A stretch of DNA of 64,000 bases from Neodothiora populina (Eukaryota). The DNA lies in contig NW_027191404.1 in assembly GCF_041146345.1 (NCBI RefSeq), positions 2,170,001 to 2,234,000 of the forward strand, written 5' to 3'. Made by a program: the position numbers and the translations under genes. Positions 38,257-51,763 of this stretch are shown piece after piece. Below the pieces are notes generated by a model. It made no database searches and had not been told where the DNA came from. It saw only the letters and a list, made by a program, of their open reading frames with translations. Every line of letters starts with the position of its first letter. The first letter of the stretch is position 1.

Positions 38257-39433
38257 CTAAGACGAAAGGGTAAGATGACGGGCCCGAATGCTTGCCAAAG
38301 GGACGGTCAGATTGCCAATATTGCTAATTTGGACGGGTTAATAGAATGCAACAAGGAGTGATGAAACACAAAGGTATTCATAAGTATTCCGGAATGCGTA
38401 AAAACAAACATCGAGAGAGTAGAAACACGACTGAGACGGACGGGCGAGACGCAGTGCTCATAAAATGTGCCAATGTGATCATGTATGCGCAAGGATAGAC
38501 GCGTAGCGTACTGGACAAGGTGATGTACGGTGGACATGTGCAAGCGTACTCTAAGGATCCACAGATATTTGAAATCTGGTTGGACAGCAACAGGGGTAGT
38601 TACAGAGGTCCAGACGGAAGAGGCGCCACCATCTCCATCCTCCTTACAGGATCTACGTTTGATGCCAAAGGTCTGCGCCTAAATGCGACATGGAAGGACT
38701 GCATGCAAGGGCTAAAGTTGACTGTTTTAGTCTGTCTGCAGCTTACATCGCGTATGACAGGGGTGGAGACTTCGCGACCGGGATGGTGGGCGTCGGCACT
38801 AGCTATCCAAGGTACAGTAGTTTGACAGTCATCGCAGTAGTGGAATAGATGGGATACTTTGCCTACTTCGCCTTCTGCGCGGTCTAGTGGACGCCTTGCT
38901 CCGCAGTCGAGTGCACCTCGAATTGCTTTTTGCACGGAATGATGCTACGGACTCCGAGTAATCGTCGCAATAAGTATTACGGACATAAAGTAGCTTACTT
39001 GCATCGCGGACATTGTACGTGAAGGGACGTTGATGTCCAGTAAGCCAGGTGGGTACCACATACTCTAGCCTAGCCTGCCGGATAGATTATCCCCGGACGT
39101 TGCAAGAGATACAGCGGGCCGCGCTCCGCGAGGGTCATAGCAAAGGCAAAATGCATGACATCGAGCTTGACAGGACGCCATTGCTTTCTTCTACCTTAGC
39201 GCGGTCAGGGCAAAGATGACGCGACTTTCATCAGTGCATTGCACAGTACCCACTCCTTCGCCTACATAAGGTAGCGTACCGTACCTGGGTATTTGATCAT
39301 CGGCGGCTTCCATATGGTTGTCGCTACGGACTGTACTATCATTACTGCTTCAGTCTAGGTATACCATTGTGTGCGTCTAAATTCTGTATGGCATTGCGCC
39401 AGACATCCGACACTGTACAAGTCACACTGGACT

Positions 39434-42400
39434 TCACTGCTTCTTGCGTTTCTGCGCAGGCATGAAGGGGTCTGCAGGCTTTCGCTTCCGAATGACAGGA
39501 GCTGCTGCTCGGCCAGGGATTTGCTGAGTCCTTGGCTTGGGGTTCGCAGCGCCTCCTGCGCCTGCAGGCTCGGAAGTCTTTGAATCGACTGTCGTCGCAT
39601 TCGCCAAAGGGCGAGGTGTCCCAGAGCCACTGCGAGAGCCCATACCTGCGTCTCGCATCTCTACGTCGCCGTCTTTGATCGAGCGCGATTCGCCAACAGT
39701 CGTTGCGACGGAACGCATGGCTGTGATCTTGTCCTCAACCTTTACTTTGACGCCCTGCATTGCATCGTCGCGAGGTTCAGATTTTACCATCTGTGGTTTT
39801 GAGACGCTCTCTTTGACACCGCCGTTGGACGTTTTCGGTAGCTGCTTATGTGCGGGCGCCTCGACTTTGATCGGGGTGTTCGTCTTCATGGCGCTGAGCC
39901 CGGCAGACATCTTTGTGGCCTTAGCTGGGAATTGGGACGAGTGCTTTCGAAGCTTGCTCATAACATCGTTATCAACATAGCACGCTCGCTCCCTAGCGTC
40001 GACTAGAAGCTTGTTCCAGTATTCTCCGTTTGCTAGACTTTGAGAATTGCCTAGTATCCATAAACTGCTTTTTGCTCGCGTGATACCAACGTTCATACGT
40101 CTAATATCCGAGAGGAAACCAATACTGGTCGGAGAAGCACGAACGCAAGAGAATATAATGATCTCGCTTTCACGGCCTTGAAAAGCATCGGTAGTATTGA
40201 AGTCGATCACGTCCAAGATTCTATCACCATAGCGGCTTGAAAAGCGTGATTTCAATTCCCGAAGTTGGGATTTGTAAGGCGTGATGATGCCGATCTTACT
40301 CTTGAAGTCAAAGTCGGAATAATCCGTGGTAACCCTCTCATACAATGCCATGGCTACATCAATCTCGGCCAAGTTTATGAGTGAGTGCCCCTTCGGAGCA
40401 GCCTGTTGTTGACCTCGAACATCGAAGAATCGATAAGGAGCTAGCAGGTCGCTAGAATGCCATGGCCTTTGACGAAGACTCGCCATGTCGTCTCCGTCGA
40501 GTAATTTACCTTCGTAGAACGTAGCGCTTGGGAACGAACTGATGGCAGGGTGCATACGATATTGCGTATCCAAAAGATGTACGGAACCTGGAAAGTTAGT
40601 CTGCATGCGGACAAACAAGCTTTGCTCATACTTCTTAGCCGATGCGACCTTCGAAAAGACTGTTGGAGGCAGTTGCCTTGGGTCTCCAACAAGGATACAC
40701 TTGGCGCAGCCATACTTCAGAGGGATCAGAGCGCTCAACTCAACGCACTGCGCTGCTTCGTCGACAACAACAGTTTCGAACTCGATGTTCAGGCTTTGAA
40801 ACATGTCGTGACCACTACCGCTCAGTGTAGCACATATCACATGCGCTTCATCAAGGATAGCTTGCTGCACTCGCTTCCGGTTGAGGTCCTGAGTTCTGCT
40901 CGCAGTGGTTTCCGCATCTTTGGCATTATCAATTTGATTGCCTAGTTCTGCTTTTCGCTTTCGCAGAGCATTGAATTCGTCCTGCAGCTGAGATGCTTCT
41001 TTGCCTTTGACTTCGCCGCCGTCGAGTTTTGCACGGGCGTTGCGAACTTGCTCCGAGATTGCTTGATGCTCCTTCATGATGGCTTGCGTCTTCTCACGTG
41101 CATCTTTGTCGCCATTATTTTGCCCCAAACGCTTATTGACTAATTCGTCCATGGTCACGTCGACGACATTGCTATTGATGGCATCGCTACGTCCCAGACG
41201 TACCACATTGACTTCCTTATGGACACCTTTAAGCGTCTTTATTCCCTGTTTGAAACGCATCACCAACTCATCTACAGCAGCATTGCTAGGTGCGCAGACA
41301 AGAAGCTTTTTTGATGTTGTTGGTGCAGCTGCTTGATTCAATCCAGTCGACTTGGGAACCAGAATCCTCGTCGTGCCTGACTTTTCTGATAAGCTGTCGG
41401 TTAAAATTGCGCCCACCAGAGCGACTATAGTCTTAGTTTTTCCTGAACCTGGGGGGCCTTGTATCAGTGTGAAGGCATCGTTGTCTACTGCAGATTTGAC
41501 GGCCTTGGCCTGTGCTTTGTTGACTGTATAGTTCTCGATGATGGGTTGTAGTTGCTTGTCCGAGTAGTCCAATAACGGTGACGGTCTGGCCTTGACGATT
41601 TCATCGCAGAGATCGTAGTATTGCAAACCCAGAAGTGCTCCGTACTCTCTTTCCAGAGGTGTAATGGATTGAACTTTTGAGCCATAAAGAACGTTGCCTG
41701 GTGTCAGGAGTGACACCATGTTGGAACTTGGCAACACACGATACGTCACTTCGAGATGTTGCTTCTTGCGGCGGATTCGGTAGACCAATGCAAGGCAATG
41801 AGGCGCATCCGGGCTGTTCGTTGGGTTCGATTCCTTCGAGAAGAGGATAACATCACTTTCGGAGAGCTGAGTCTCTCTGTTGTCCGCATGGGACAAGGAA
41901 CTTCCAATTTCAATGAAAGCGTCGACGCTCGAGCGACTGACAATCTTGAACTCGTATGGCTTACTAGTGTTTTCCTCCTTAGACTTCATGAAACCAAACC
42001 AGGCTTCAAGAGTGAGTAGAGGCTGGAATGTAGCTTGGTATTCGCCAACGTGGCGGAATGAATCGGCGACAGCCTTGAATTGCCAGTCGCCTGAATTCGG
42101 TGGGTAGTCACCGTCGTGAAAGTAATCCCATCCGAGTATGGATTTGTGTAGGGGTGACAAGTCAGGAGCCAAACGAGCTCGCATATCTTTAGCGGATCGA
42201 ACCTGCCGCTGCAACTTGACCGGCCTTCGTTGTTCTGGCCTAAGACCGATCGCACCGGCGGCATCCCTTTTCACAGTGTCGGCCCTTTTAGATGTCTTCG
42301 TAACACCAAACAACTCGGCATCAAAGCCATCCTCGTCATCGCTGCTTTCATCAGAGGAGACCATGACACCCTCTCCTTTGAAGGAATGATCTTTGCCCTC

Positions 42401-45400
42401 GACTCCAATACCTGAAAGTCCAGATCCGGCTCCTCCCAAGCCGGCCTTTGCTCGCTTTGCTGCCGCGATGGTCTCCAGGTTGCGCTTACGCATGGCATCC
42501 TGCTCTTCCTGGCGCTTTCGCCTGAAATCGCTAGGAGAGAGTTGAGGCGCGGCTGCAGTCTTTTTCGAAATGACATTCTTGTTGACGAGATCCTTTTGGT
42601 TTCTGAGCAACTCGGCGGTGGGTGAGGCGCCATTGATGGCCTTTTTCAAGTCCTGCTTTTCTTGATTGCGTGCCTGCGCTGCGGATCTCCAAGTATCTAA
42701 GTCGATGCTGGTCTTTGTCTTCGGCTGAGGTATTGTGATAACACCTCCAGAAGCTGTCGATGTCACCCAAGAACTCAGTTTTCCTTGTTTCTGGGGTTTC
42801 TGCACATCGGATTCGGAGGCTTCGGAGGCGTCGGCCTCATGGCCAAGATGGTTCTCCAAGGCACGCCGTAGCTCTGCTCTTTGTCCTGTAGTGAGTTTGT
42901 TCTTTGCAGTACCAGAGACTATATCGTCAATGAAGAAAGAGGCTTCCTCGGGAAGCTGCAAGCCCACGTCACCCAAACGGCCCATGACCCGACAAGTCAA
43001 TGAAACAGCTTTTGCCACGAGGTACTCATCACGTAGACGAAGCCATTTAGTAGCATGGCCAGATGCTTCTCTAGGCATCTGCAGTAACCTTCTTTGTGTA
43101 TCTTGGAGTGTGCTTTTGGCACCTGCCTCCGCTTCGTGTAGAGCTCCTGTAATAACGCTGTACTGATCAAAGGCTTGGTCTGCAAAATCCATTGCATCTC
43201 TGCAGAACTCCATCATCATGTTCTTGTCCTGCCCAGAGAGAGACCACTCCTCAGTGTGTTTGAAGATATTGCCGACAACGATCCACAGAGACTGCCAGAA
43301 GCTCTCTGTTGCACTTATATTTCTAGAAGTCAAGACTCTGGAGCGTAATATACCATCTTGTGGACTACACAAACAGTCAAGGATGTCGTTGCCAATTTTG
43401 AGTAATGTTCGACAAGGAGCAAAGAGTCTGGCTTTGGCAATCGTTTTCAGTGTATGAGACATTGCCTCTGAGGATTCGGCGAGGAAGTTGTCGAGAATGT
43501 ACCTGATGCCATCACGCCGCGTCTCTGCCCCAGCCATGGCCTTGAGGATGGTCGATGCAGCTTGTTGAATTTCTGCATGGCCAGAGAAAGTCGCTGCAAA
43601 GAAAGCCTGTGCAGACTCTGGCGTTTTCAGCAGCTCCAAGAGTTCAGACGACTCGAAATCTTGTAAAGTTTCGAGCAGATCTCGGACATAAGCTGAGGCC
43701 CTGCTGAAACCGCCATTCCATGCTTCGGCTTGTTTCGGTGAGGCTGATGACTGCTTGCCTGTCAACGGTTCGAAGATCACAAGCTTCCGCACGCCGGTCA
43801 GAATAGCAGACGCCAAGGTTATGTTTCCAGGTCTCACTGCTCTTGTTGTAGCTGCCCAGATGGTCAGCGACGATATGTTGAGATCGTGACCAAGATTGTT
43901 GCCTCTAAGAATGTTTTCCCTAGTGCGTGCAAGCGAGGAACAGTCTAGAGTCAGTGCGCATCGAACAAGATCTAGCCCGAGAGCTCTCTCCTTGGCGAGC
44001 TCAGGCTTATCCCTGTACGTGTCTATGTCCTCCAAGACTTGATGTATGTGACATCGGACGACCTCTAGAAGGTCAGCAACGATTGCACTTCCAGCACTTG
44101 TTTGGTCCAGAACCACTAATGTTTTGACCAACGTCTTCAACCCGATCTGCCAGCACAGTGAACGAGCATAAGCTGAGACTCGATCAGCCTTTGCCCGGGA
44201 CATCAGCTGGTTGACGATGGCTCGGCAAGCGGGGGCCAGATTTGTGGCTTTTATTGAGGATATGAAAGGGCCAACCCACGCAAGTAGAAGGTCAAGCTGA
44301 CGAGACTCTTCTTGCTCCGTAGCTGTCATACGTCGATCAAGAAAAGGGCTGTTGAACGGCTGATCGGCTACGGTTTGTGGCGATATGGCACCCAAAGCGT
44401 CCCAGAAATCAAATGATGACGTCTCCAACAGGAGCTGCATAGTCGCTATGATGTCTGGATAGCCTTCGAAATCGGACTGTAGGTGATCAAGCATGAGCAT
44501 ATAGATATCGACGTCCATGGCGCGGAAATGATGGGTGATGATGTCCTTGGTGAGCTTCTCCACGATCATACGGGTGCCTCGCCAGAAAATGGATAGAGCC
44601 TCAGGGGTACCACCATAAATCTTGATTAGAGTGGCAGCTGCTGTCAGAACATCGCGGACAGCCCAGTCGAACTCGGGAGCGTTGAGGGGTCTCTTGAATT
44701 TCTTCCAGCCACGGAGGGCCCAGGCAGATCGATCTGTGTTTTTACTGAAAAGAAAAGAGGCCAGTGCAGGAGTGTATTCCGAAAGGGCAATTTTCTTTCT
44801 TGTTTGGACTAGACGAAAAGGTTTGTCAAAATGAGCTTCCAATAAGTGCTCTTCCTGCAAGAGCGCAGTGCAGTGCATTGACTCAAAAAGAGCGTACATC
44901 TCGGCCTGTGGTAGCACAGCGATTGAGCGCTCGGCGGGTTCAGTATCCATGAGCGTATTCATGGCCTGATCAAGACCTGCGGTAATTCTGTCGATGTTCA
45001 TGCGGTCGAAGCGCGCCATGAAGTCGGCAACGACATCGCCATCATATTGCTCCTCAAGACCATGTTTCAGCTCTTGTCTTCCACGGTGGTATTCCCGGAC
45101 GCAAACGGTACATCGGGTCAACTGCAGCTTCAGCTGTTCCTTCAACTTGGCCAGCAGCTCAAGTGCTTGTTCACCATCGAAGGCAAGAATGTGGCATGCG
45201 TGTAGAACATGATCTTTCCTTTCCTGAGCCTGGGCTATCTTCTCCTTCCTAGCTTCCTTCTCTTCGGCTGTTTCTGTAGCTAGGATGTCGGCGACGTCCT
45301 CGTCGTAGTATGTAGCAAACTCGTCTATGTCCGTATCACGAGGGCAGAACCAGTGGATGTTTTTGGGTAGAGCCAGGATATCTCTACGCGGTGTCAGTAC

Positions 45401-45470
45401 AGATGGAAAACGAATAGCAGAACAAAGGTGCCACCCACTCGATTTCTCGGACTATATCAAGATCTGACAT
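39434..45470 (-). CDS. SEN1: Sen1/senataxin SF1 helicase (about 1990 aa), intron 45384-45438
   Basis: N-terminal HWFCPR; LIQGPPGSGKT, VCAPSNAAVDE, VDEAAQ, LVGDPRQLPP, QYRMHP, TDAFQGRE, RRMNVGITRAK. Confidence 0.95.
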
Positions 45471-45756
45471 GGTGGCGGCAGGCGAGGCCGAGCGAATGTG
45501 GAGAGAACGATAGCGGTCGGTGGGTGTGGTCCTGTCATAGGCGGAGTGTAACACAACAAAGCCAGTGATGGCAGGTGAAGGATGTTATCGATGGAGATGG
45601 AAGGAGCAAGATGGCAGGCAGAATGAATGCACATATGATGCTGGACGATAGTGGAGCAAGTCAAGTGGCAATGACTCTACACAAGGTGAAGGCACAGGAG
45701 GTGACAGGACCCTCAATGTGCACTCGATCAGACTGTCCTGACCGCTCTTACTTCTT

Positions 45757-45782
45757 ATGTTGTTGTTGTTGTTATTGTTGTT
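45757..45782. repeat. (TGT)n microsatellite
   Basis: tgttgttgttgttgttattgttgtt. Confidence 0.85.
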
Positions 45783-47424
45783 ATATACCTGTAGCCCAAG
45801 CAAAGCGCCGCCCTCACACCAGATAAAAGACGGGTGAATACCTGATGTTCAAGATTTGGTTGTTTGACGCGGTCAATGAGCGCGATCTGGACGGGCACTA
45901 ATGCAACCACTTCCGCTCCCGCAGAGCCTCATTCGCGTCGCTTTCGCGTGGCATCTGATGTTCGGACACTCTACGTTGCGTAACTTACTGCATCTCCTAG
46001 GCTCATCCTTGGAGATTGGAGCCTGAGAACTTGGAAACTCTCCGAGTCAGAAGAAGCCAGCAGGTGTGAGCCTCCAGTCAAGTGAGAAGTAGATGGATAA
46101 ATCTATGTTCACATGATTGCATACGATGAAACCTCAATCCAGCAGGGCTGCAAGCATTTTGAAGTACGATACAAATCCTCCTGAGCATTATAGTTCCACA
46201 TATACTGTTGCAAAGCTTCTGCAAGGTGGACCAAGTACTGTGCAGCTTATGGCCTTCCGTATGTGTTTGAAAGGCTATGCCACAATGTGATCCGAATACC
46301 CAAGTCCGGATAGCGGCGACGTAGATCATCATTATACCACGGCAGAGCGCACTGTAGGGTATCTTGTCTCACTGACGGTACATTCACTCAACGCCCCAAA
46401 GCGCCCTGTCAATGTACACAACTGCGCATCATGTTGTCTTGCACACTTATGATACTCACGACAGCAATTCAGAACGTGCCGACAGAGCACAGCATGGGTG
46501 CAGTACCGTAGCCTATTTCCTCAGTGTGGCCGTTTGCAACTACTGCAGTTTCAGAGTGCGACCTACCGTGCGCATCACATATGGTATGTACTGTAGTCCA
46601 CTGTAGAATATCCAGTGAAACAGCGGGACATTCGTGCATCGTCTTGTGCTACACCTTTCCTGTCTGCGTTGCCTCGTCTCTGCTGCTGATACTCACAGTG
46701 GTGTGCAACAGGACAGAGTTGCCCTTTTGTAACATAATTCGCGAGTGTTTGAGAATGCCGCATATTGCTCAGCACAGATCCGGACAAAGTCGAGTGGTTC
46801 CCGGATTGAGAACCTTAATGCAACTGCAAGTACAAGCAGCAGAGAGGGCGCTGCAGCGGGAAGGCAACAGTCATGGTCAAGTTGCACTTGCCGCATTGGC
46901 GAGTACGAGGATATGCGAGAGCCAAGCACAAGAAGCAGTACAGTAGTAGTCAGAGCAGGTGTATTCCCTGAGCAGAAGCAGTAGCTTTGTCTGCATTGAG
47001 CAGTCCTGTAAGATTTTCGTGGTCAATGTTGAGTAACACGGACCTCGGTCCAAGAGCGGGCCGATCGTGAGAGCGCAACGAACCAATGACAGGGCGCAGA
47101 TGAGTGGGGTCTGCATTCCTTTTACTCGCTCTTTCCTCATCCATCCGTCCTTGACCATTCCCTTCTCATCCGCTTTTACTCTACTCAGGCAAGACTTTCT
47201 TCACCTTAAACGCCCTTACCCTGACCGCGTTTGTCACTCCCCTTTTTCGTCTGTTTTGCCGAGTCTCCGTGCCCGCGGAAGGACAATAACTCATTGTCAC
47301 CCACCACTGCGCTAACTCCATTCATCCACCACTCTGACTCCCCGCGTCACAATACCAAAAGCGTTTAGCTCGTTGTCACTGCCAATTAAGCATCATCAGT
47401 GTGTCGCGTCCATCATCATCAACA

Positions 47425-48278
47425 ATGGCAAGTGAGATCACCGACCAGGAGCAGGCAAACTCGCCCTCGGCCCAGGACGAGGGCAACGGCAATGGCATCG
47501 CTGAGAGCAGAGGCATCAAGCGCCAGCGTACGTCGGCCGCTGCTGCTGCCGCCGACGACGATGACGACGACGACGACAAGCCAGGTCGTGAGAGGAGGAA
47601 GATAGAAATTAAGTTCATCCAGGACAAGTCGCGTCGACACATCACCTTCTCGAAGCGCAAGGCCGGCATCATGAAGAAGGTATGTCGTTCGTCCTGAACA
47701 AAACCTGAGACAGACCCGAGCGCGCGCGGTCCTTGAGACTGCCCCGGTCGCTACGACCACCACGCGTCGCGTCGTCGCTCTTTTCCGAGCCTGGTAATTG
47801 ACAGTCATCTCCCCCCTTACAGGCATATGAGTTGTCCGTCCTCACCGGCACTCAGGTTCTTCTTCTCGTCGTGTCCGAGACTGGTCTCGTGTATACCTTT
47901 ACCACGCCGAAGCTTCAGCCCTTGGTCACCAAGCCAGAGGGCAAGAACCTCATCCAGGTAAGTGATTTCTTTTCATCATCAACTGACATGGACTGACTCC
48001 CATCGCAGGCATGTCTCAACGCGCCTGAGCCTGCTGATTCCAACGGAGTCGATGGCGAGTCTGCCGTCGAGTCTCCCGAAGAACAACACGCGTCTGTTGC
48101 CGCACCACCCGCCGGCATGCCGGCACGCAACACGGCGATGCCTCCCAATGCCTACGGCATGACAGCTGATCAGCAACAAGCCCTTCAATACCAGGCTTAT
48201 CTTCAGCAGCAACAAGCCGGTGGCGGTTACCCCATCCCCTCTGCTCCCATGCCTGGACGCCACTCCGGACATCAATAG
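47425..48278 (+). CDS. MCM1: SRF-type MADS-box transcription factor Mcm1, 3 exons
   Basis: RRKIEIKFIQDKSRRHITFSKRKAGIMKK|AYELSVLTGTQVLLLVVSETGLVYTFTTPKLQP. Confidence 0.97.
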
Positions 48279-48350
48279 GAAGATTGAAAGGAAGCAGAAG
48301 CGGTGTTGATTACTTGCTATGGAGAATGCGTTATATTTATGATCCCACGG

Positions 48351-48390
48351 GAAGAAGAAAGAAGAAGAAGAAGAAGAAGAGGCAGAAGAA
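48351..48390. repeat. (GAA)n microsatellite in the MCM1 3' region
   Basis: gaagaagaaagaagaagaagaagaagaagaggcagaagaa. Confidence 0.85.
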
Positions 48391-50353
48391 GCAGATGCGT
48401 GATATGATCCGGTGTGTTCTCATCAAAACACCAGGAAATGCTTGACGGATGGCGCACTGCGGCGTATCACTCGGGGCGGTGAATGTAATTTTCCTTTTTT
48501 GTGCTTTTCTCATCTTGTCATCTTATTCTCTGCCTGTTTACCCTGTTCCCTTGTGACTTTCAAAGGTTTATCTTTCTATCCTAAAACGCCATCTCTACTC
48601 TGCATCCAACTCAAGTTTTCTTTCCGTCAAAGAGGTCAACGTCGGCCGCTTGCCTGAAATGATCCGGATAGCAGAAGAAGAAAGGGCAGAGAAACGGAGA
48701 CTGAGATTAACAGTTGTTGTTGTTATTGTTAGTAGCAATGGGGGAATAAAAGGGCACACCAATGGAAAACAGAAACAAACACTTTTCCTTTGCTGTCGGA
48801 CTTGTTTTCTTTTTCCTGAGCATATTACTGCTTGCTTGTCACAAGATCCAGATGTATTGACTCATTCAGGACATAGGATAGGTTGCATTTCTTGATGGGT
48901 TTTTCTTTCCATATTCGGCAAATTGAAAGTTCTGTTGATGTTTCTGTTTCTGATATTGTTCGTGTGTGTCTTGGAACTGATAGTCATCCATGCATGAATT
49001 GTTGTAGGTCTATCGTTCGACTCTTGGATGTTGACTATGGTCGCTACCGGCCCCTTCCACCCTGAATCGACCTTGGCTTTTGTGACAGACAACTAGCTCT
49101 GCTGTACACGTGCACAGTAAGTCATTAGATGTGCATTAGACCAGAGCAGACACTTACATCCTTGTCTATACCGCTCGTAAACGAATAGACCTTGTCTCTA
49201 TGGTGACTCATACGTTACACCGTTACCCCAGTAACAGCGCGCGTACTGTATACACTAGGTGGCAAGTCAAGTACCGAGCTGGAGTGTAGTCAAGGTAAGA
49301 TACAGCAAGGTACCTTAGGTATGAAATAGCCTGAGTACCGTATTGTCGTCTCTCTCATCTCACGTCAAATAACTTCAACCTGAGAAAGGGAAGGTAGGTA
49401 AAGTAGGTAAAAGTAGGTAGTAAAGTAAAACCCACAACATCTAAAGCCCAGTGAGTCTGCAACTTCGCCAGCTGCTTCACCTTCTTCCACCTCACTTTCC
49501 ACCACTACCTTGCCTTACATATCATTACCAACTACATATACTCACCTTGCCCATATCACCACCAGTTCGAGATAGAATGATCTGAACAAGAGGAAAAAGT
49601 AGTGTTTAAGGTAGACAGTCGAATCATTGCGAGCAGTCTTGGAGACTCTGGTCGTAGCCTGTGACTAAGATGTGTATAACAATCGTGAAGCTGGTTATTG
49701 ACCTTCTACACGATGGCTAAATTGCAATGCTACTAGCTAGACGAAAAAGTAGTTAGAGAGTGACAGAACTTTCACTCTTTTGGTTTCCATATTTTTAATT
49801 ACTGTTTTCTATCTAATAGAGCCATGACAGAGAGCAGATGTGCACACTCTCTCATGCTCGTCGAAACTACCTTCGACGAGACTCAAATGCACACCAAGAG
49901 TAGTGCTAGCCTCTGTGTTGCCTGAGACAAGTGTTTACTTGCCAGGGATTCCTCCTGGGCCATCCTGCCCAGCACTCTGTCCTCCTGAACCTCATCCTTG
50001 TACTCAGTGGAGATCCTCCTAATGTCCAGTCCATAACACCACTCGAAGTGCCACCTTTGTCATGGTGAAAAACAACCCGACATGGAGATATCAGAGAAGA
50101 CAGCCCATCTCTCGAATCAATTCTCTCCCAAGTAAAAGCCCAGATCCAACGCCGAAATCCAGAAGAAAAAAAGAAGATACGGGGCTTGGATATCATATTG
50201 CGGGGCCCTGAAAGACGATTTCGCTATTCTTTTTGCTTGCTTTGTCCAGAAATGAAAAAGACGCCCTAGGTCCCATGCTCGAAAGTTCAAATGTCATTAT
50301 CTCGTCTTGTGTCGGCACATTGGCGAAACAATACGACGCTTCAAGGTAGGGGC

Positions 50354-51763
50354 TCAGGCGTGCTCAGATTCGGCAGCTTCACCACGAGTACGCTTGCGGC
50401 TCGGCTCCTCTGCAGGGTGGAGAGGGTCGGCAGCTCGCTTCTTGCCGTGCTTTGTACTGTCTAGGTCCGGGACGCCAGGTTTGGTGCGCTTCCAGTTCTC
50501 AAAGAGGCTAGTCTTCTTACGACTTGCCTTGACTACTGGAGTGGCAGCGGGTGAGGCAGGCGTCTCGATCTCGTCTCTTTCTGGGATTGGGTCAAACTGC
50601 GACATGAACGAGAGCTTCTTAGCGGCAGATCTCGTGGCTCGATGAGTGGAAGGGGGGTTAGCATGTCTACCGGGGCAAACATCTTCTTGGCCGGGGTGAC
50701 AAGATCCTTGTCCGCTTGAGGCATGGGACGAGGCATGTGTTCTTGCTCAATGTCGGTGTCGGCTTCTTCGTCGTCGTCGTGTGCCGTGTGACTGGGCTCA
50801 TCTTCGTGCAGCTGCTCCTTGCTTGGCCAAAGCAGGCGCGGCTTGACTGCGGAGCGAGTGATGGGACGATGTGCGCCATGTCCAGCCTTGCGTTTGAGTT
50901 GTCCTTGCTCGGATGCAGCCGAGTCATGGTCTGAGGTATCACGCGACGAAGAAGCAAATGGGCGGAAAATCCTCTTGCCACGGCTGTGTTTGCAATGTTA
51001 GCATATATGAAGATGACGAGAGCAGAGGGAAGACTTACAATACATATATCAGACCCTCTTCATTTCTGACGGCTTCTTCCATTTCGGCTTCACGGTCACG
51101 AGCTGCAAGCATAGCTTTCTTCGTTGGCTTAGGCTCGCGCTTTCTTGAGCCAATGAACGGGTTGTCCTCGGACGGGTCCATATCAGGTACACGATCCTGA
51201 GCGTCAGTGAATACGCTGATGCTCTCTGCTTGGGGCGCATCGTCTTCGAAGAGGGTCAGACGAGACTTGCGCTGTCTGCGCGCAGATGGCATGACATCTT
51301 CGAGGCTGGCAGGCTTGAAGTTCAGGATACGCGCAGTAGGCATCGAAGCAGTGGCATTCTGTTTGCTTGGGGTCTTGGTCGGGGTCGGAAGCATGGCTGG
51401 TGACGACTTGAAGTCCTGGTTGTCCGAGGCTGACAGCGGAAGATGCTTGCGTGATGAAAACAAAGTGCGGCGCACAGAGGTTGGCTCTTCAGCATGGCGC
51501 TCGGCTGGCTCTGGTGATGATGGAGGCGAAAGGGTCTGCGATGACATGGTACGGCTAAGGGTGGTCTTGCGTGGTGTTGAAGTCATGGACAACCTCGCCG
51601 TGGAGCTTGACTCTGCAGTGGGAGATTGCTGCCTCGTCCGTAGCGATGAGTTCCTGGTTGATCGTCTGATGGGAGAGTATGGCTCATAATTGTCGTAGTC
51701 GGGACCATGATGAGGAGCAGGAGGAGTGCGAAGGCGCATTGCACGCGGAGGCGTTGTTGACAT
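50354..51763 (-). CDS. Uncharacterised S/T-P-rich protein, intron 50984-51038, with an apparent 1-nt frameshift at 50652-50657
   Basis: MLPTPTKTP, DNPF, spliced LIYVFRGK, ITRSAVKPRLLW, terminal FENWKRTK. Continuity to the last segment needs one extra C. Confidence 0.7.

Noticed and set aside
45500..47400. Hidden genes in long intergenic regions (also 10100-12550 and 48300-50300)
   Set aside because: Only short ORFs without motifs or a consistent splice structure; long flanks are normal beside transcription-factor genes.
47425..48278. Mating-type locus
   Set aside because: Mcm1 is a general MADS factor; no alpha-box or HMG gene, APN2 or SLA2 is present.
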